Of a stretch of DNA of 64,000 nt, positions 1 to 11,638 are shown piece after piece. Location: NCBI GenBank assembly GCA_039932055.1, contig JBDTQT010000001.1, positions 2,418 through 66,417 of the forward strand. The letters run 5' to 3'. Origin of the DNA: Thermoanaerobaculia bacterium. GTDB taxonomy: Bacteria > Acidobacteriota > Thermoanaerobaculia > Multivoradales > JAGPDF01. Position 1 is the first letter of the stretch. Every line of letters begins with the position of its first letter. Both the position numbers and the translations under genes were made by a program. The notes below the pieces were generated by a model that made no database searches, was not told the origin of the DNA, and worked only from the letters and a program-made list of their open reading frames with translations.

Positions 1-424
1 GCAGAAGAAGCAGCAGGAACTGCAGCAGATGCAGCGACGCGAGAATGCCCAGGCGGCGTCCGAAGAGAAGGCGGCGCCCAGGGGCAGAGTCCAGGGAACG
101 GTGAAGGGAGAGCCGCAGGGTGCGCCGGGCGGCAGGGCTCAGGGAGCTACCAAGGTGGATCCGCAAGAGGTGCAGAAGCGCCACGCGGCGGAGCTCCAGG
201 AGCAGAAAGTATTGCGCGAGCGTACCGCGGAGCAGTTGAAGACCCGGCAGCAGATTCAGCGTCAGGCGGCGCAGGCGACCGCCGAGCAGGCGAAGGGGCA
301 GACTCCGCCGCCCACTGCGCAGCCCGATCAGAAGAAGGGCAAGAAGGCCAAGCCGGTGGCCGACGACAATCAGAAGGATCCGAAGAAGCAGCAAGGCGAC
401 CAGAAGCCCCCACAGCCGCGCTGA
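1..424 (+). CDS. 3' end of a gene entering from upstream; K/Q/E-rich low-complexity hypothetical protein (C-terminal fragment)
   Basis: Open frame 2 runs from window position 2 with no upstream stop (QKKQQELQQMQ...) and ends with a lysine-rich tail KKGKKAKPVADDNQKDPKK. No recognisable domain. Confidence 0.4.
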   Translation, partial: QKKQQELQQMQRRENAQAASEEKAAPRGRVQGTVKGEPQGAPGGRAQGATKVDPQEVQKRHAAELQEQKVLRERTAEQLKTRQQIQRQAAQATAEQAKGQTPPPTAQPDQKKGKKAKPVADDNQKDPKKQQGDQKPPQPR

Positions 425-568
425 GTTCGTAGCATGGCGGGCCGGCAGATCGGGTTTTGCCCCGATCGCCGGCCCGTATTGTCTGTCGGGATCACGCTCG
501 ATCTGACGGCAGGTGAAGAGCAACGTCCCAAAGCAAGATTTTCCACAACCTGCAGGGAAGGGAGACTC

Positions 569-853
569 CTGATGACGGCGCGGGATCGGAAGGCAGCAGC
601 GGATGAGGTCGACCCGAGCCACGGGCAGGTTGGTGGCGCGAGTGCCGGTCAGTCGGGCGACACGCAGGGGCTTTCGTCGGCCGCGGACGAAGCCGAAGAG
701 AGCGTCGAGGAGTTGGCCGAGACCGGCCAGGATTTCCAGGCCGGGCTCGTCGAAGGGATGGAAGACGCAGCCGACCATCCCGAGAAGCCGATGATCCCTC
801 GCGAAGACCAGCGGCGACCCGCGGACGACGAACCGGCGCGCGGCGCCGACTGA
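569..853 (+). CDS. Small acidic hypothetical protein (94 aa)
   Basis: Internal ATG (MTARDRK...) preceded by GGGAAGGGAGA SD 8 nt upstream; D/E-rich; high GC3; no family recognised. Confidence 0.35.
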   Translation: MMTARDRKAAADEVDPSHGQVGGASAGQSGDTQGLSSAADEAEESVEELAETGQDFQAGLVEGMEDAADHPEKPMIPREDQRRPADDEPARGAD

Positions 854-895
854 CCGCGCGGCGCTTCCTCGAAGGCCGCTGGCCCGCCGCCAAGC

Positions 896-3800
896 CTATG
901 GCCGCTCGCCGAGCACGACCCGCACCCGGTGTTGCCGGCCGTCGTCCACGAGAGGAATCGCGTCCGGGTCCACCGGAGTCCCATCGAGCTCGACGCTGGC
1001 GACACCACTGCAGCGGAGCTCGGGGTTTTCGACCGCGATGGCATAGCGCGACTTGCCGAAGCGCCAGTCGATCGCATAGCGCGGCCATGAGGACGGGATG
1101 CAGGGCTTCAGCGTGAAGCAGGCGCCGCGCCGCGCCAGTCCGAGCATCCCCTCGAGTCCGACCCGATACATCCAGCCGGCGGAGCCGGTGTACCAGGTCC
1201 AGCCGCCACGGCCGCGGTGCGCCGGATGGTCATAGACGTCGGCCGCGACCGCGTAGGGCTCGGTCATGTAACGCGCCACCGCGCCCGCCGTACGCGAATG
1301 GTTGATCGGGTTGAGCATGTGGAAGAGCTCCGCTGCCTCGTCGCCGCTGCCCAGGCGGGTGAGCGCCAGGACGACCCAGGCCGCGGCGTGCGTGTACTGG
1401 CCGCCATTCTCGCGGATGCCCGGAATGTAGCCCTTGATGTAGCCAGGATCCAGCGCCGTCCGGTCGAAGGGCGGCGAGAGCAGCAGGACGACGCCCGAGC
1501 CGCGGCGCACGAGATGAGCCCGGACGGAGTTCATCGCGCGCTCGGCGCGCTCGCGCGGCGCGGCTCCCGAGAGCACCGCCCAGGTCTGAGCGACCGAGTC
1601 GATTCGCCCCTCATCGTTCTGCGACGACCCAAGAGGAGTGCCGTCGTCGAAGTAGGCGCGGCGATACCACTCGCCGTCCCAACTCTGTTCCAGCATGGTC
1701 CCCAGACGCTCGCGTTCGGCGCGGTAGCGCTTCGCCCGTTTGCCTTCGCCGCGCGCTTCGCACAGCGGCGCGAAGGCGCCGAGGATCGCGTGCAGGAACC
1801 AACCGACGAAGATGCTCTCCCCGCGACCCGCCGTACCGACGTTGCTGAAGCCGTCGTTCCAGTCGCAGCTGCCGATGAGCGGCAGGCCGTGCGCGCCCTT
1901 GGTCAGCGCACGGTCGACGGCGCGCACGGCGTGCTCGTAGAGCGTGCCGATCTCGCTGGAGATCGTCGGCACGCCGTACGCTTCCATCTCGCCAACCGGA
2001 ATCAGTGGGGCCTCGAGGTAGGGCAGGCGTTCGTCGAGCACGGCGCGGTCGCCGGTAGTGGTCAGGTACTCGGAGATCGCGTAGGGGAGCCAGAGCAGAT
2101 CGTCGGAGCAGCGGGTGCGGATCCCCTGACCGGCCGGGGCGACCCACCAGTGCTGGACGTCGCCTTCCACGAACTGCCTCGCCGCCGCCCGGAGAAGGTG
2201 CTCGCGGGTGAGATCCGGCCGGGTGTGCAGGAGCGCCAGCACATCCTGCAGCTGGTCGCGGAAGCCGTATGCGCCGCTCGATTGAGAGTAGGCGGAGCGC
2301 GCCCACAGGCGACACGCCAGGTTCTGGTAGAGCAGCCAGCGGTTCATCAGCAGGTCGAACGAGTCGTCGGGCGTGGTGACGTGCACGGCGTCGAGCGTGT
2401 CGTCCCAGGAGGCCTCGACTGCCGCCAGCTCGGCCGCGGCGGCGGTCGCGCCATCGTCGCCGGCGAAGCGCCGGAGGATCTCACGCGTCTCCGCGAGGTT
2501 GGCGCCCTGGCCGAGAAGGAAGACGACACTTCGGCTCTCGCCGGGTGCGAGATCCACCGCCACCTGGAGGGCCGCGCACGGGTCCAGGCCGGCGCCGAAA
2601 CGGTTGGCGAGGCGCGGGCGCCCGAGCGCGGCGGCGCGCTGCAACGATCCGTTGCGACCGAGAAACTCCAGGCGGTCTCCCGTCGCGGCGACGAGCGGCG
2701 CGCTCGCGGCGGCGAAGGCGACGCGGTCCCGCTCCTGGCCGAAGAGGTCGCGCGCCAGGACGGCGCCGCTCCCGGCCTCCTGCTCGGTCGCCACGAATCG
2801 CGGTCCCTGCGCGCTGGGTGGACCGAGCAGCCAGTCGTTGTAGGCGAAGAGAGTGAGACGTCGTGGGCGATCGGAGCGATTGGTCAGCGCCAGGAGCGAG
2901 AGCTTCACGGGCGCATCGCGCGCCACGAAGACCGTGAGCTCCTGGTCGATGCCGCGCGCGGCGCGCGCGAAGCGCGTCACACCCGCGGCGTGGCGCACCA
3001 CCCAGCGCGGCGAGCGCGGCGTCCGCTTGATCGGCGCCGGCGTCGCCCCCCAGACCGCGCCGCTCGCCTCGTCGCGGACGAAGATCGCCTCGCTGGTGGG
3101 GTCGGTGACGGGATCATTGGCGAACGAAGTGAGGCGATTCTCGCGGCTGTTGCCGGACCAGGTGTGGGACGACCCGGAAGTGGTGACGAGGCTGCCGAAG
3201 CGCGGATTGGCGAGGACGTTGATCCAGGGCAGGGGGGTCTCGCGCTCGCCTTCGAGAACGACGACGTAGTCGCGGCCGTCTGGCGAGAAGCCGCCGAGGC
3301 CGTTGTCGAAAGTGAGCGGGCGGGGGTCCGCGACCGCCTGCGGCAGGTCGATCTCGCCGATCCCGTCGATCTCGTCGAGCAGCGCGCTGGCGAGCGCCAA
3401 CGGCGGCTCGACCTCCGCGCGATCGAGTTGCTGCTCGAGGGTGCCGCGGTCGCCGGAGAGAACCGCCTGGGCAACTGCCTCGAGAAGGATCCTCTCCGCG
3501 TCGGCGACCGCATCGCCCTGGAGGACGAAGACCCCTCCCGGCTGGGCGAGCCAGGCGTTCCACGGGCCGCTGGTGACGAGTTGTGCGAGCCCTTGACGGG
3601 TGGCTTCGCGGTAACCGCTGGCCTGCTCGTTGAGGATCACGACATCCGCCCGTAGTCCCTTCAGGCGCCAATGTTCATGGGCGACGAGAACCTGGCGCAC
3701 GAGCGCCAACGCATCCGGTTCCTGGACGCGCACGAGGACGATCGGCAGGTCGCCGGAGATGCCGAACCGCCAGAGGCCCGCCTGCCCGAGCGTGTTCCGG

Positions 3801-6800
3801 GTCAGAGTCACCCCCTCGGCGCGGAGCGAAGCGTCGGAGAAGAAGACCCGCGAACCGAGGCGCTCGGCGACCTGTACCTGCGGGATCGAGACGCCGAGGT
3901 GCCGCGCCGCCATCTGCGCCTGGGTGAAGGCGAGGGCGAAGGCCCGGGCGACGACGCCGTGGTCGTGGTATTTCTGCGCGCAGTCGCGCGCCGCCGCTTC
4001 GTCGCCGGCGACGCCGGTGGTGAAGGCGACGCGAGCGAAGCCGCCCGGGGCGAGGCGCAGCCGGGTGCGCAGGGCGAAGATCGGATCGAGCACCGCGCCC
4101 GTCGTGCCCGAGAGCGCGCGACCGTCCATGGATTTCGGGTCGCCCGGGCCGCGCCCGCGCCCGAGGAAGAGCATGCGGTCGGTCTCCCACTCGACCTGCG
4201 CCTGCGTCGGGCCCTGAATGGCGAGAACGTGGAAGGCGACCATCGCCGGGTCGAGCGGCGTCCGCGGCCGCCGCCGCGCCAGCAGCGCGGTGCTGTCGGC
4301 GATCCACTCCGTCTCGACGAAGAGCTTGCCGAAGGCCGGGTTGGCGACATCCTCGGCGATCGAGCCCAGACCGAGCTCGACGAAGCTCGTGAGCTCGATC
4401 TCGCGCGGGCGATCGCTGTGGTTGGTGAGCGAGACCCGCCGCACTTCGGCGTCGTCCCCGGGCGAGACCGCGACGTCGAGCCGGGTGGTGATCTCGTGGT
4501 CGAGGCGCTCGAAAGTCGCCTTCTCGGCGAGGAACTCGACCAGGTAGCTGTCGGGCTTCCTGGCCGTCGGTTGATAGGTCGTCGACCAGACCTCGCCGGT
4601 GTGCACGTCGCGCAGATAGACGAACTGGCTGCCGGGATCGCGCGTGCGGTCTTCGCGCCACCGCGTCACCGCGCGGCCGCGGCAGAAGCTCGTTCCTCCG
4701 CCGCCGTTGGTGACGATCGCGACGTAGCTGCCGTTCGAGAGAATCTGCGCCCGCGGGTGCGGAGTATGCGGCGAGCGCAGGCGGCGCGGTGCGCGCACCA
4801 GCGCCGGCGGCTCGGAGCGCGACGCCTCGGCCGGATGCGGATCGATGACTGGCGCCTCGCGCGGAATGCGCTCCTGCAGGAGGAGCTCGGTCGCCTGGAT
4901 GCGCGGGTCGGCATGGAAACGCTCGACCATGCGCTCGCCCAGCAGCACGTTGGCGATGGCGACGAGAGTCATCCCCTGGTGGTGCGCCATGTGGGTCTTC
5001 ACGACGACGCCGGGCTGGGTGCGCGCGGACGCCGGAGCGCCCTCGTCGTCGGGCTTGCGCGGGGTGTAGTCGATGGCCTCGAAGTAGCCGAGCGCGCCCA
5101 GCGCCCCTTCGGCGGAGAGACGCCGGAGATTGCGCACCGCCTCGGCCGGCTCGAGGAGCGCTGCCAGGGCGGTGGCATACGGGGCCACCACGAGCTCGTC
5201 GGCGAGCCCGCGCTTCAACCCCAGGCCCGGAACTCCGAACTCCTTGTACTGGTAGTTTCCGAGGCGGTCGACGAGGTCGTAGGCCGACTCCGAAATACCC
5301 CACGGGACGTGACGCTGACGGCCGTAGCTGATCTGCTTGCGGATGGCCATGCGGCAGCTCTGGTCGAGGAGCGTGCCGGGATAGGTCCGCATCAGCAGCA
5401 GCGGCATCAGGTACTCGAACATCGTCGCGCTCCACGAGACCAGCGTCGGCGCGCCCGCCACGCTGACCACCAGCCGCCCGAGAAGGAACCAGTGGCTCTG
5501 CGGCACGTCGCCCTTGGCGATGGCGATGAAGCTCGCCAGGCGCGACTCCGAGGCGAGCAGATCGTAGTAGGAGGTGTCGGTGCGCCCGGGACCGCTGGCG
5601 TCGGCCAGGCGGTAGCCGATGACGAAGAGCTGGCGTTCGCGGTCGTAGAGGAAGCCGAAGTTCATGCCGTCTGCCAGCGCCACGGCGCGCCGGGCGATGT
5701 CGGCCTGGCGGGAGGCGATCTCGGGTCGCGAGGCCTCCAGGAGGTTCTCGAGCTCGCGGCATCCTGCCGCCAGAGCGAGGAGCGATCCGGCGAGGTTGCC
5801 GCTGTCCACCGTCGAGACGTAGCGCGGCAGCAGCGGCGAGAGCTGCTGCGTGTCGTACCAGTTCAGCAGATGCCCCTCGTGGCGCTCCAGCCCCTCGATC
5901 GAGGTCAGCGACCGGTCCAGGCGCTCGGTCATGTCCTCCAGGGAGATGAGGCCCAGGTCGTGCGCGGAAAGGGTCGCGAGGAGGCCCAGCCCGAGATTGG
6001 TCGGCGAGGTGCGATGGGCCACTCTGGGAACGCGATCGTCCTGGACGTTGTCCGGCGGCAGCCAGTTATCCTCCGGGCCGGCCAGGCTCTCGAAGTACTC
6101 CCAGGTCCGGCGCGCGACGTCCAGCAGCAGCTCGCGATCGGCTGGCGCGAGCTCGCGGCGACGCGGCACGGTGGAGCGGCTGAGCCAGTAGGCGCAGGCC
6201 GGCGCCGCCGTCCAGGCGGCGAGGAACGGCAGCGCGAGTGCCAGGGCGTCGGGGCGCAGGGCGAGCGCGAGGACGGCGAGCGCCAGCGCCGCCAGCGGGC
6301 TCGCCGCCATCTCGACGAAGAACGAGCGCATGCCGGCGCGCAGCGCGCCGGCCGCTCGCACCGACTGTGAGGCGGCGGTCTCCCACTCGAGGAGGCGGCG
6401 TTGGGTAAAGACGAGGCGGACGAGCGTCAGGGTGATGGCATGGACCATCTCCCAGGCATGGAAGGGGAGGAAGACCAGCGTCAGGAGCGCCTGCCCGAAG
6501 GCGGTGGAGAGATCCTGCGCGAGACCACGCAGGTGGACCCGGGCGGGCTCGTCGGTGGGACGCGGCCTGAGCAGTTGGAAGAGCGAGGCGAGGAGGGGGA
6601 ATCCGACCAGCGTGAGCCCGGCGAGCGTCCACCAGAGGGGGTTCCCTGGCAGCACCGTCCAGGCGGCGGCGAAAAAGGTGAGCAGCGCCGGCGCCACCAG
6701 GCTGCGCCGGAGGTTGTCGAGAATCTTCCACTGACTGATGAGTGGCAGGCGATTCTTGACCCAACCCTCCGGCGTCGGCACGACCGGGAAGAGCCAGGCG

Positions 6801-9217
6801 AGGATCTGCCAATCGCCGCGCACCCACCGGTGCTGACGCCGCGCGTGCGCGAGGACGTTGGCGGGGTAGTCGTCGACCACCTCGACATCCGAGACCAGCG
6901 CCGTGCGCGCGTACAGGCCCTCGAAGAGATCGTGCGAGAGCAGCGCGTTCTCGGGCACGCGCCATCCGACGGTCGCCTCGAAGGCATCGACGTCGTAGAG
7001 GCCCTTGCCGGTGAAGATGCCGGCGCCGAAGAGGTCCTGGTAGGTGTCCGAGACCGCCGTCGTGTAGGGATCGACGCCGGTATGCCCGGCGTAGACCCGG
7101 GCGAAAAGCGAGCCGGCGGCGCTCGCCAGGTTGACGCTCACGCGCGGTTGGAGAATGCCGTAGCCGGCGGTGACCTTGCGCAGCACTTTGTCGACGACGG
7201 GCCGGTTGAGCGGGTGCGCGAGGATGCCGATCAGCTCGCGCGCGGCGTCGCGCGGCAGCCGGGTATCGGCGTCCAGCGTCAGGACGAAGCGTACCGACGG
7301 CAGGATCGCGAGATCGCCGATCTCCACCGAAAAGCCGCTGTCTTCGCTGGAGCGCAAGCGGCGGTTGAGCTCTTCGATCTTTCCCCGTTTGCGCTCCCAG
7401 GCCATGAAGACGCCCTCTTGCGGGTTCCACTTGCGCTCGCGGTGGAAGAGGAAGAAGCGGTCGTTGCCGGCGGCGTGGTGCCGGTGGTTGAGCTCTTCGA
7501 TGCCGGAGACCGCGGCGGCCAGGATCTCTTCGTCGCCGGGCATCGCAGGCGCCGGCGCGTCCTTGAAGTCAGAAAGGATGGCGAAGTGAATGCGCGGGTC
7601 GAGATTGCCGAGCGCCTGGACTTCGAGATGGGCGAGCAGGCGGTCGACCTCGTCGACGCTGCCGATGAGGACGGGCACGACGACGAGCGTCCGCGAGCTC
7701 TCGGGGATGCCGTGGCGGAAGTCGAGGCGCGGCAGCCGGAGCGGCGGCACGAGCGCGGCCACGACGCGCTGGACAATGAGCACGGCGAGCTCGCTGGCGG
7801 GCAGGAGTGCGAGCGCCGCTGCGATCGCTGTGATCGCTGCGAGCCCTGCGCCCGCTCGGAGTGCTGCGCCCGTCGCCATACCGCTGCCGAGGCCCGCCGC
7901 GGCGAAGCCGGCATAGGCGTAGGCGGCGGCGACGCCGAGACCGGTCAGGAGGCCGATGCCGCCCAGGTAGAACGCCGTGGCGTGGGCCAGGCAGAAGCGG
8001 CGGAGCCGGTCCCTGGGACGTGGGCGAAAAGCCACGTCGGCCTCGAGATCGTGCCGGCCGGGGCCGATCAGGTGATGGCCGACGTGCGCCGATCTTTCAC
8101 CGATGCCCAACTGCTCCGCGGCCTGGCGGGCGCTCTCGACGGCGCGCAGGGCGATCCGTGCCTGCGCCTCGCCGACATCGGCCTTGCGGTCGTTGCCCGC
8201 GAGATCTTCGACGGCGTGGCGGTAGCGGTCGCGGCTGGCGAAGACCATTCGCGGGTAGATCCCCGCCGGGTCGCGCCGCAGAATCTCCTCCACCTTGCTC
8301 ACCTGCTCGACGAAGGCGCTCCAGTCGAGGGTCGAGCTGAACCGCAGGCTGGTGATGGTGTTGGCGGTCGAGAGCTGTTCGGTGGCCTGGCGCTGATTCT
8401 CTTCGCGCACAGTATCCTCGGGAGTCGACCCGCTCGCGGCGAGCGCTGCATCGACCGCGGCCGCGAGAGCCGAGAGGCGCGGGTCGAACTCGCGCATCCG
8501 CTGCCGCAGCTGCGCCACGAAGGCGCTCGGCAGCGGCGCGGGAAGCGCTCCGGGAGCTTGCCCTTTCTCCAGACGCAACAAGGCTCGATCGGCCGCCACC
8601 CGCGCCGTCCTGCCGGCGAGGATGCCGTCGGTCAGGATCCGCAGATTCTCGAGCAGTGCGAGCTTGAGCATGCTGGGCAGGGCCCAGAGCTCGCCGATCG
8701 ACAGCGGCGCCACTGTCTGGAAACCGAGGACGAAACGACTGAGGCGTTCGGCGTCGAGGCGTCCGTCGCTGTAGCGGATCAGCTCGAGCGCCAGGGCGTG
8801 GATGCGGGCCCGGCCCTTGAACTCGCGCGCGGCGAGCTTCGGCAGCGTGCGGTAGTAGCGGACGGGAAGGTCCCGTCGCACGGCGCGCGCCTGCGCCTCG
8901 ACGAGGTGGAAGTTGTCGAGCAGCCAGTCGGCAGCCGGTGCGACGGCGACGCCCCGGTGGACGTCGTCGGCGAGGCCGTGGTACGCCGCGTCGAGAACGC
9001 GGATGTTCGAGTCGAGCCGGGGAAGGACGTCGTGCCCGCCGGTGCGCGCGGCCGGAGCGAGCGAGAATCCGGCGGCCAGCGTCTTGGCGCGTTCCTCGAG
9101 GCCGGCGAGACTGAGGAGCTCGCCGCGGAAGATGGGCTCTCGCGCCGGCCCCTGCCCCGGCGCATGGGGGGCTTCTTCGCTGCGTTTCAAGTGCTCTCTC
9201 TGCCGCGGTCCGTCCAC
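896..9217 (-). CDS. ndvB: Cyclic beta-1,2-glucan synthase (NdvB/ChvB/Cgs-like), 2773 aa giant multidomain glycosyltransferase/phosphorylase
   Basis: Length matches Cgs/ChvB (~2800 aa). Central TM block followed by a GT domain with DADTRLPRD and [31 protein letters not shown] motifs. C-terminal GH94/cellobiose-phosphorylase-like region (NGGGYTSFCRG..., [14 protein letters not shown]). Start may lie slightly downstream of 9217; it overlaps the preceding small ORF. Confidence 0.8.
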   Translation of the reverse strand: MDGPRQREHLKRSEEAPHAPGQGPAREPIFRGELLSLAGLEERAKTLAAGFSLAPAARTGGHDVLPRLDSNIRVLDAAYHGLADDVHRGVAVAPAADWLLDNFHLVEAQARAVRRDLPVRYYRTLPKLAAREFKGRARIHALALELIRYSDGRLDAERLSRFVLGFQTVAPLSIGELWALPSMLKLALLENLRILTDGILAGRTARVAADRALLRLEKGQAPGALPAPLPSAFVAQLRQRMREFDPRLSALAAAVDAALAASGSTPEDTVREENQRQATEQLSTANTITSLRFSSTLDWSAFVEQVSKVEEILRRDPAGIYPRMVFASRDRYRHAVEDLAGNDRKADVGEAQARIALRAVESARQAAEQLGIGERSAHVGHHLIGPGRHDLEADVAFRPRPRDRLRRFCLAHATAFYLGGIGLLTGLGVAAAYAYAGFAAAGLGSGMATGAALRAGAGLAAITAIAAALALLPASELAVLIVQRVVAALVPPLRLPRLDFRHGIPESSRTLVVVPVLIGSVDEVDRLLAHLEVQALGNLDPRIHFAILSDFKDAPAPAMPGDEEILAAAVSGIEELNHRHHAAGNDRFFLFHRERKWNPQEGVFMAWERKRGKIEELNRRLRSSEDSGFSVEIGDLAILPSVRFVLTLDADTRLPRDAARELIGILAHPLNRPVVDKVLRKVTAGYGILQPRVSVNLASAAGSLFARVYAGHTGVDPYTTAVSDTYQDLFGAGIFTGKGLYDVDAFEATVGWRVPENALLSHDLFEGLYARTALVSDVEVVDDYPANVLAHARRQHRWVRGDWQILAWLFPVVPTPEGWVKNRLPLISQWKILDNLRRSLVAPALLTFFAAAWTVLPGNPLWWTLAGLTLVGFPLLASLFQLLRPRPTDEPARVHLRGLAQDLSTAFGQALLTLVFLPFHAWEMVHAITLTLVRLVFTQRRLLEWETAASQSVRAAGALRAGMRSFFVEMAASPLAALALAVLALALRPDALALALPFLAAWTAAPACAYWLSRSTVPRRRELAPADRELLLDVARRTWEYFESLAGPEDNWLPPDNVQDDRVPRVAHRTSPTNLGLGLLATLSAHDLGLISLEDMTERLDRSLTSIEGLERHEGHLLNWYDTQQLSPLLPRYVSTVDSGNLAGSLLALAAGCRELENLLEASRPEIASRQADIARRAVALADGMNFGFLYDRERQLFVIGYRLADASGPGRTDTSYYDLLASESRLASFIAIAKGDVPQSHWFLLGRLVVSVAGAPTLVSWSATMFEYLMPLLLMRTYPGTLLDQSCRMAIRKQISYGRQRHVPWGISESAYDLVDRLGNYQYKEFGVPGLGLKRGLADELVVAPYATALAALLEPAEAVRNLRRLSAEGALGALGYFEAIDYTPRKPDDEGAPASARTQPGVVVKTHMAHHQGMTLVAIANVLLGERMVERFHADPRIQATELLLQERIPREAPVIDPHPAEASRSEPPALVRAPRRLRSPHTPHPRAQILSNGSYVAIVTNGGGGTSFCRGRAVTRWREDRTRDPGSQFVYLRDVHTGEVWSTTYQPTARKPDSYLVEFLAEKATFERLDHEITTRLDVAVSPGDDAEVRRVSLTNHSDRPREIELTSFVELGLGSIAEDVANPAFGKLFVETEWIADSTALLARRRPRTPLDPAMVAFHVLAIQGPTQAQVEWETDRMLFLGRGRGPGDPKSMDGRALSGTTGAVLDPIFALRTRLRLAPGGFARVAFTTGVAGDEAAARDCAQKYHDHGVVARAFALAFTQAQMAARHLGVSIPQVQVAERLGSRVFFSDASLRAEGVTLTRNTLGQAGLWRFGISGDLPIVLVRVQEPDALALVRQVLVAHEHWRLKGLRADVVILNEQASGYREATRQGLAQLVTSGPWNAWLAQPGGVFVLQGDAVADAERILLEAVAQAVLSGDRGTLEQQLDRAEVEPPLALASALLDEIDGIGEIDLPQAVADPRPLTFDNGLGGFSPDGRDYVVVLEGERETPLPWINVLANPRFGSLVTTSGSSHTWSGNSRENRLTSFANDPVTDPTSEAIFVRDEASGAVWGATPAPIKRTPRSPRWVVRHAAGVTRFARAARGIDQELTVFVARDAPVKLSLLALTNRSDRPRRLTLFAYNDWLLGPPSAQGPRFVATEQEAGSGAVLARDLFGQERDRVAFAAASAPLVAATGDRLEFLGRNGSLQRAAALGRPRLANRFGAGLDPCAALQVAVDLAPGESRSVVFLLGQGANLAETREILRRFAGDDGATAAAAELAAVEASWDDTLDAVHVTTPDDSFDLLMNRWLLYQNLACRLWARSAYSQSSGAYGFRDQLQDVLALLHTRPDLTREHLLRAAARQFVEGDVQHWWVAPAGQGIRTRCSDDLLWLPYAISEYLTTTGDRAVLDERLPYLEAPLIPVGEMEAYGVPTISSEIGTLYEHAVRAVDRALTKGAHGLPLIGSCDWNDGFSNVGTAGRGESIFVGWFLHAILGAFAPLCEARGEGKRAKRYRAERERLGTMLEQSWDGEWYRRAYFDDGTPLGSSQNDEGRIDSVAQTWAVLSGAAPRERAERAMNSVRAHLVRRGSGVVLLLSPPFDRTALDPGYIKGYIPGIRENGGQYTHAAAWVVLALTRLGSGDEAAELFHMLNPINHSRTAGAVARYMTEPYAVAADVYDHPAHRGRGGWTWYTGSAGWMYRVGLEGMLGLARRGACFTLKPCIPSSWPRYAIDWRFGKSRYAIAVENPELRCSGVASVELDGTPVDPDAIPLVDDGRQHRVRVVLGERP

Positions 9218-9528
9218 GCCTGTCGCGGCAGGTGCCCTGGGAGGCGCCTCTCGCCGAACTCCAGAGCCGCCAGCCGGCGAGCGACCTCGAAGAGCTCGGC
9301 GCGCAGAGCCTCCTGGCGTACCTTGAGAGCATGGTTCTCGCTGCGTGCGGCACCGAATGCGAGTCGGCTCCGCGTTTCACTCTGCCGGATCCACTGGCCG
9401 GCGACGATGGCGAAGGCGGTGAAGAGGGCCAGGACGAAGAGCAGCCGCAGCCCATAGGCGCTGTCGCGGGGCGAATGTCCGGAGAGATCCGCCGGCGGCC
9501 TCTCGGCCTTCTGGTCTGCACTGGTCAA
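9187..9528 (-). CDS. Small membrane-anchored coiled-coil protein (FtsB/FtsL-like topology), hypothetical
   Basis: N-terminal [22 protein letters not shown] followed by a heptad-like region ([24 protein letters not shown]). Immediately upstream of the glucan synthase on the same strand, with a 31-nt overlap. Confidence 0.4.
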   Translation of the reverse strand: MTSADQKAERPPADLSGHSPRDSAYGLRLLFVLALFTAFAIVAGQWIRQSETRSRLAFGAARSENHALKVRQEALRAELFEVARRLAALEFGERRLPGHLPRQAWTDRGREST

Positions 9529-9581
9529 AGAGATCGGCCCCTTCCGAACGCTCTCTCAAGGTATGGCGCCTGCCCAACGGC

Positions 9582-9640
9582 GTGAAGCGCACTTTCTACC
9601 CAGCTGGGAAAGCCTGCCTTAGGTAGAAAGTGCGCTTCAC
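9582..9640. repeat. Spaced palindrome copy 1: GTGAAGCGCACTTTCTACC-N21-GGTAGAAAGTGCGCTTCAC (19-bp arms)
   Basis: Perfect 19-bp inverted repeat with 21-nt spacer, read directly. Low GC relative to its surroundings. Lies between divergent small-protein genes, ~55 bp upstream of the 28-aa peptide gene. No U-tract on either strand, so not an intrinsic terminator. Confidence 0.6.
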
Positions 9641-9694
9641 GAATCGGGCGCCGGAGGGCAGACTTGGAGGTACTCCAGAAAGAGGGCACAAACC

Positions 9695-9781
9695 ATGAGC
9701 AACACGAATCTGATCATCCTGATTATCGTCCTGGTCCTGGTCTTCGGTGGTGGCGGTTTCTACTGGCGCCGCGGACGCTGA
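9695..9781 (+). CDS. 28-aa hydrophobic single-TM peptide, MSNTNLIILIIVLVLVFGGGGFYWRRGR (DUF3309-style small stress membrane peptide)
   Basis: ATG with AGAGGG SD 8 nt upstream. Hydrophobic helix, then a Gly run and a basic tail. Resembles small stress-induced membrane peptides; family assignment is tentative. Confidence 0.4.
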   Translation: MSNTNLIILIIVLVLVFGGGGFYWRRGR

Positions 9782-9870
9782 GGCAGCGACAGCTCGGCAG
9801 CCTCATTGGTGCCGTCGCTACTGCGCCGATGAGGCCGGACGAGCTCGCGCGCTCCCGCGCTACTGGTCGG

Positions 9871-10248
9871 CTAGGCCGACGGCCGGCGGCCCCTGACCAG
9901 CAGGCCGAGCAGAAAGCCCGCCGAGGCCACGAGTAGAAGCGCCTTTCCCGGGTTGGCGGTGACGTAGTCGGTGGCCTTCGCCGCCGCGTGCGACAGATCG
10001 CTCTTTGCCTGGGTGTAACCGCGATCGACCGCTTGCGCGGCGCCCGCGACGCGCTGGTGTGCGCCGAGCGACGCCGATTCCACCCCTTCGCGCACTTTCT
10101 CGCCGGCGGCGTGAGCCTTTTCCACTACCTGCCCGGCCGCCGATTCGATCCCTCTCTCGGCGCGATCGGAGGCTGCGACCATGGTGTCGCGGGTGCGGTC
10201 GATCAGGGTGTCTACTCCGGCCTGCGTACGTTCGATGTTCTTGATCAT
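9871..10248 (-). CDS. DUF883 family protein (ElaB/YqjD-like membrane-anchored ribosome-binding stress protein)
   Basis: Internal ATG MIKNIERTQ with AAGGA SD. C-terminus NPGKALLLVASAGFLLGLLVRGRR matches the ElaB/YqjD C-terminal TM signature (NPW.AVG.AAG.G.L.G.LL.RR). The ORF-track start is a GTG extension. Confidence 0.7.
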   Translation of the reverse strand: MIKNIERTQAGVDTLIDRTRDTMVAASDRAERGIESAAGQVVEKAHAAGEKVREGVESASLGAHQRVAGAAQAVDRGYTQAKSDLSHAAAKATDYVTANPGKALLLVASAGFLLGLLVRGRRPSA

Positions 10249-10312
10249 CTGCGTTGTCCTTTCGGTCGGGGCGGCGAGCCGGCAGGAGCCTGCGCTCCCG
10301 GCGCCCACCGGG

Positions 10313-11329
10313 CTAGAGATCCGTCAGTTGTACGAGTTGCTTTCCTTCGTTCCTTCCCTGGAGCATGCCGATGAAGGCTTGCGGCGCCGCTTCGATCCCC
10401 TGGGCGACGTCCTCGCGGTACTTGAGCTTTCCTGAATCCAGCCACTGCGTCAGTTGATGGCAGCCCTCGGGGTAACGATCGATATATCCGGAGACCAGGA
10501 AGCCCTGCGCCTTGGCTTCCTTCGCGGTCAGCTCTCCGAGCCAGCGCGGTCCGCTCTCAGGAACTTCCAGGTTATATTGCGAGATCTGTCCGCACAGACT
10601 GATGCGAGCGCCCGGGTTGAGATGGCGCACGACGGCGTCGGTGATCTCGCCGCCGACGTTGTCGAAGTAGACGTCGACGCCTGCCGGGCAGCACGCCCGG
10701 AGCTTGCCGTCGATATCGTTGCCGAACTTGTAGTTCCACGCGGCGTCGAAGCCGAGCTCGTCGACCAGCCAGGCGGCTTTCGCGCCGGATCCAGCGAGGC
10801 CCACCACGCGGCAGCCCCGCAGCTTCGCGACCTGTCCGGCGACCATTCCGACGGCGCCGGCGGCCCCCGAGACCACGACCGTTTCGCCGGCCTGGGGATG
10901 GCAGATGTCGAGCAGTCCGAAGTAGGCAGCGAGTCCGGGCATACCGAGTACGCCCAGAGCCATCGACATCCTGGCGACTCCGAGGTCAACCTTGCGCAGT
11001 TTGCTGGCCCGGGCCACGGCATACTCCTGCCACCCCAGCATGCCCTCGACCGTATCTCCGACGCAGAAGGCGGGGTCAGCGGACTCGAGGACGAAGCCCA
11101 CAGCGCCGCCGGTCATGACCTCGCCAAGGGCGATCGGCCGTCCGGCCGAGTCGGACTCGTTCATCAGTCCGCGCATGTACGGATCGAGCGACAGGTAGAC
11201 CAGGCGCACGAGCACCTCTCCCGCGGCGGGCGAAGGCAGGGAGGTATAGCCGAGCTGGAAGTCCGAGACTTTCGGCAGTCCGAACGGTCGGGCCGCGAGG
11301 ACAACCTGCCGATTAACCGCTACTGTCAA
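10313..11329 (-). CDS. NADP-dependent oxidoreductase, MDR superfamily (YncB / quinone oxidoreductase-like), 338 aa
   Basis: GAAGAVGMVAGQVAKLRGCRVVGLAGS Rossmann motif. N-terminus TVAVNRQVVLAARPFGLPKVSDF is typical of the YncB/PTGR family. Probable TTG start at 11327-11329 with GGAGGA SD 9 nt upstream; the ORF-track N-terminal extension is rejected. Confidence 0.8.
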   Translation of the reverse strand: MTVAVNRQVVLAARPFGLPKVSDFQLGYTSLPSPAAGEVLVRLVYLSLDPYMRGLMNESDSAGRPIALGEVMTGGAVGFVLESADPAFCVGDTVEGMLGWQEYAVARASKLRKVDLGVARMSMALGVLGMPGLAAYFGLLDICHPQAGETVVVSGAAGAVGMVAGQVAKLRGCRVVGLAGSGAKAAWLVDELGFDAAWNYKFGNDIDGKLRACCPAGVDVYFDNVGGEITDAVVRHLNPGARISLCGQISQYNLEVPESGPRWLGELTAKEAKAQGFLVSGYIDRYPEGCHQLTQWLDSGKLKYREDVAQGIEAAPQAFIGMLQGRNEGKQLVQLTDL

Positions 11330-11419
11330 AGGCGTCCATCCTCCCGCTGGTGGTTTGTCCGCACGGCGAGGCGCGCCCGATCGCCAGGCCGGGGGCGCCA
11401 TCGCCTCAGAGTGTCGATC

Positions 11420-11638
11420 TCACGCCCCGCGACGGGCAACGAGCAGGACGCCCCCGGCGACGATCGCGGCAACCCCGGCCCAGACGGGAACGTTGACGTG
11501 CTCCTTGTCCTTGACCGAGAACTCGAGCGGACCGATCTTCGCGTCGTGGGTCGTCTTGGTGTAGGTGAACCCGCCGTAGACCAGCCCGACGATCCCGCCG
11601 ACCAGCAGCAGGATGGCGACGACCTTGACTGGGCTCAT
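11420..11638 (-). CDS. Small two-TM membrane protein (72 aa; DUF3185-like)
   Basis: MSPVKVVAILLLVGGIVGLVYGGF...VPVWAGVAAIVAGGVLLVARRGA has two hydrophobic helices. Its ATG overlaps the stop of the upstream gene (ATGA). Confidence 0.5.
   Translation of the reverse strand: MSPVKVVAILLLVGGIVGLVYGGFTYTKTTHDAKIGPLEFSVKDKEHVNVPVWAGVAAIVAGGVLLVARRGA

Noticed and set aside
1217-9457. Long plus-strand ORFs antisense to the glucan synthase (1217-3655, 3671-6370, 6401-9457) and minus-frame ORFs 3675-5762 and 8097-9521
   Set aside because: The translations are R/P/A/G-rich low-complexity with no motifs. They are typical antisense/alternate-frame artefacts of 70% GC. The minus-strand 2773-aa frame carries clear GT and GH94 motifs.
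9582-9640. Interpretation of the spaced palindromes as bidirectional intrinsic terminators
   Set aside because: No T/U-tract follows the stem on either strand. Conserved half-site and spacer length with variable spacer sequence fits a protein-binding site or mobile-repeat model better.
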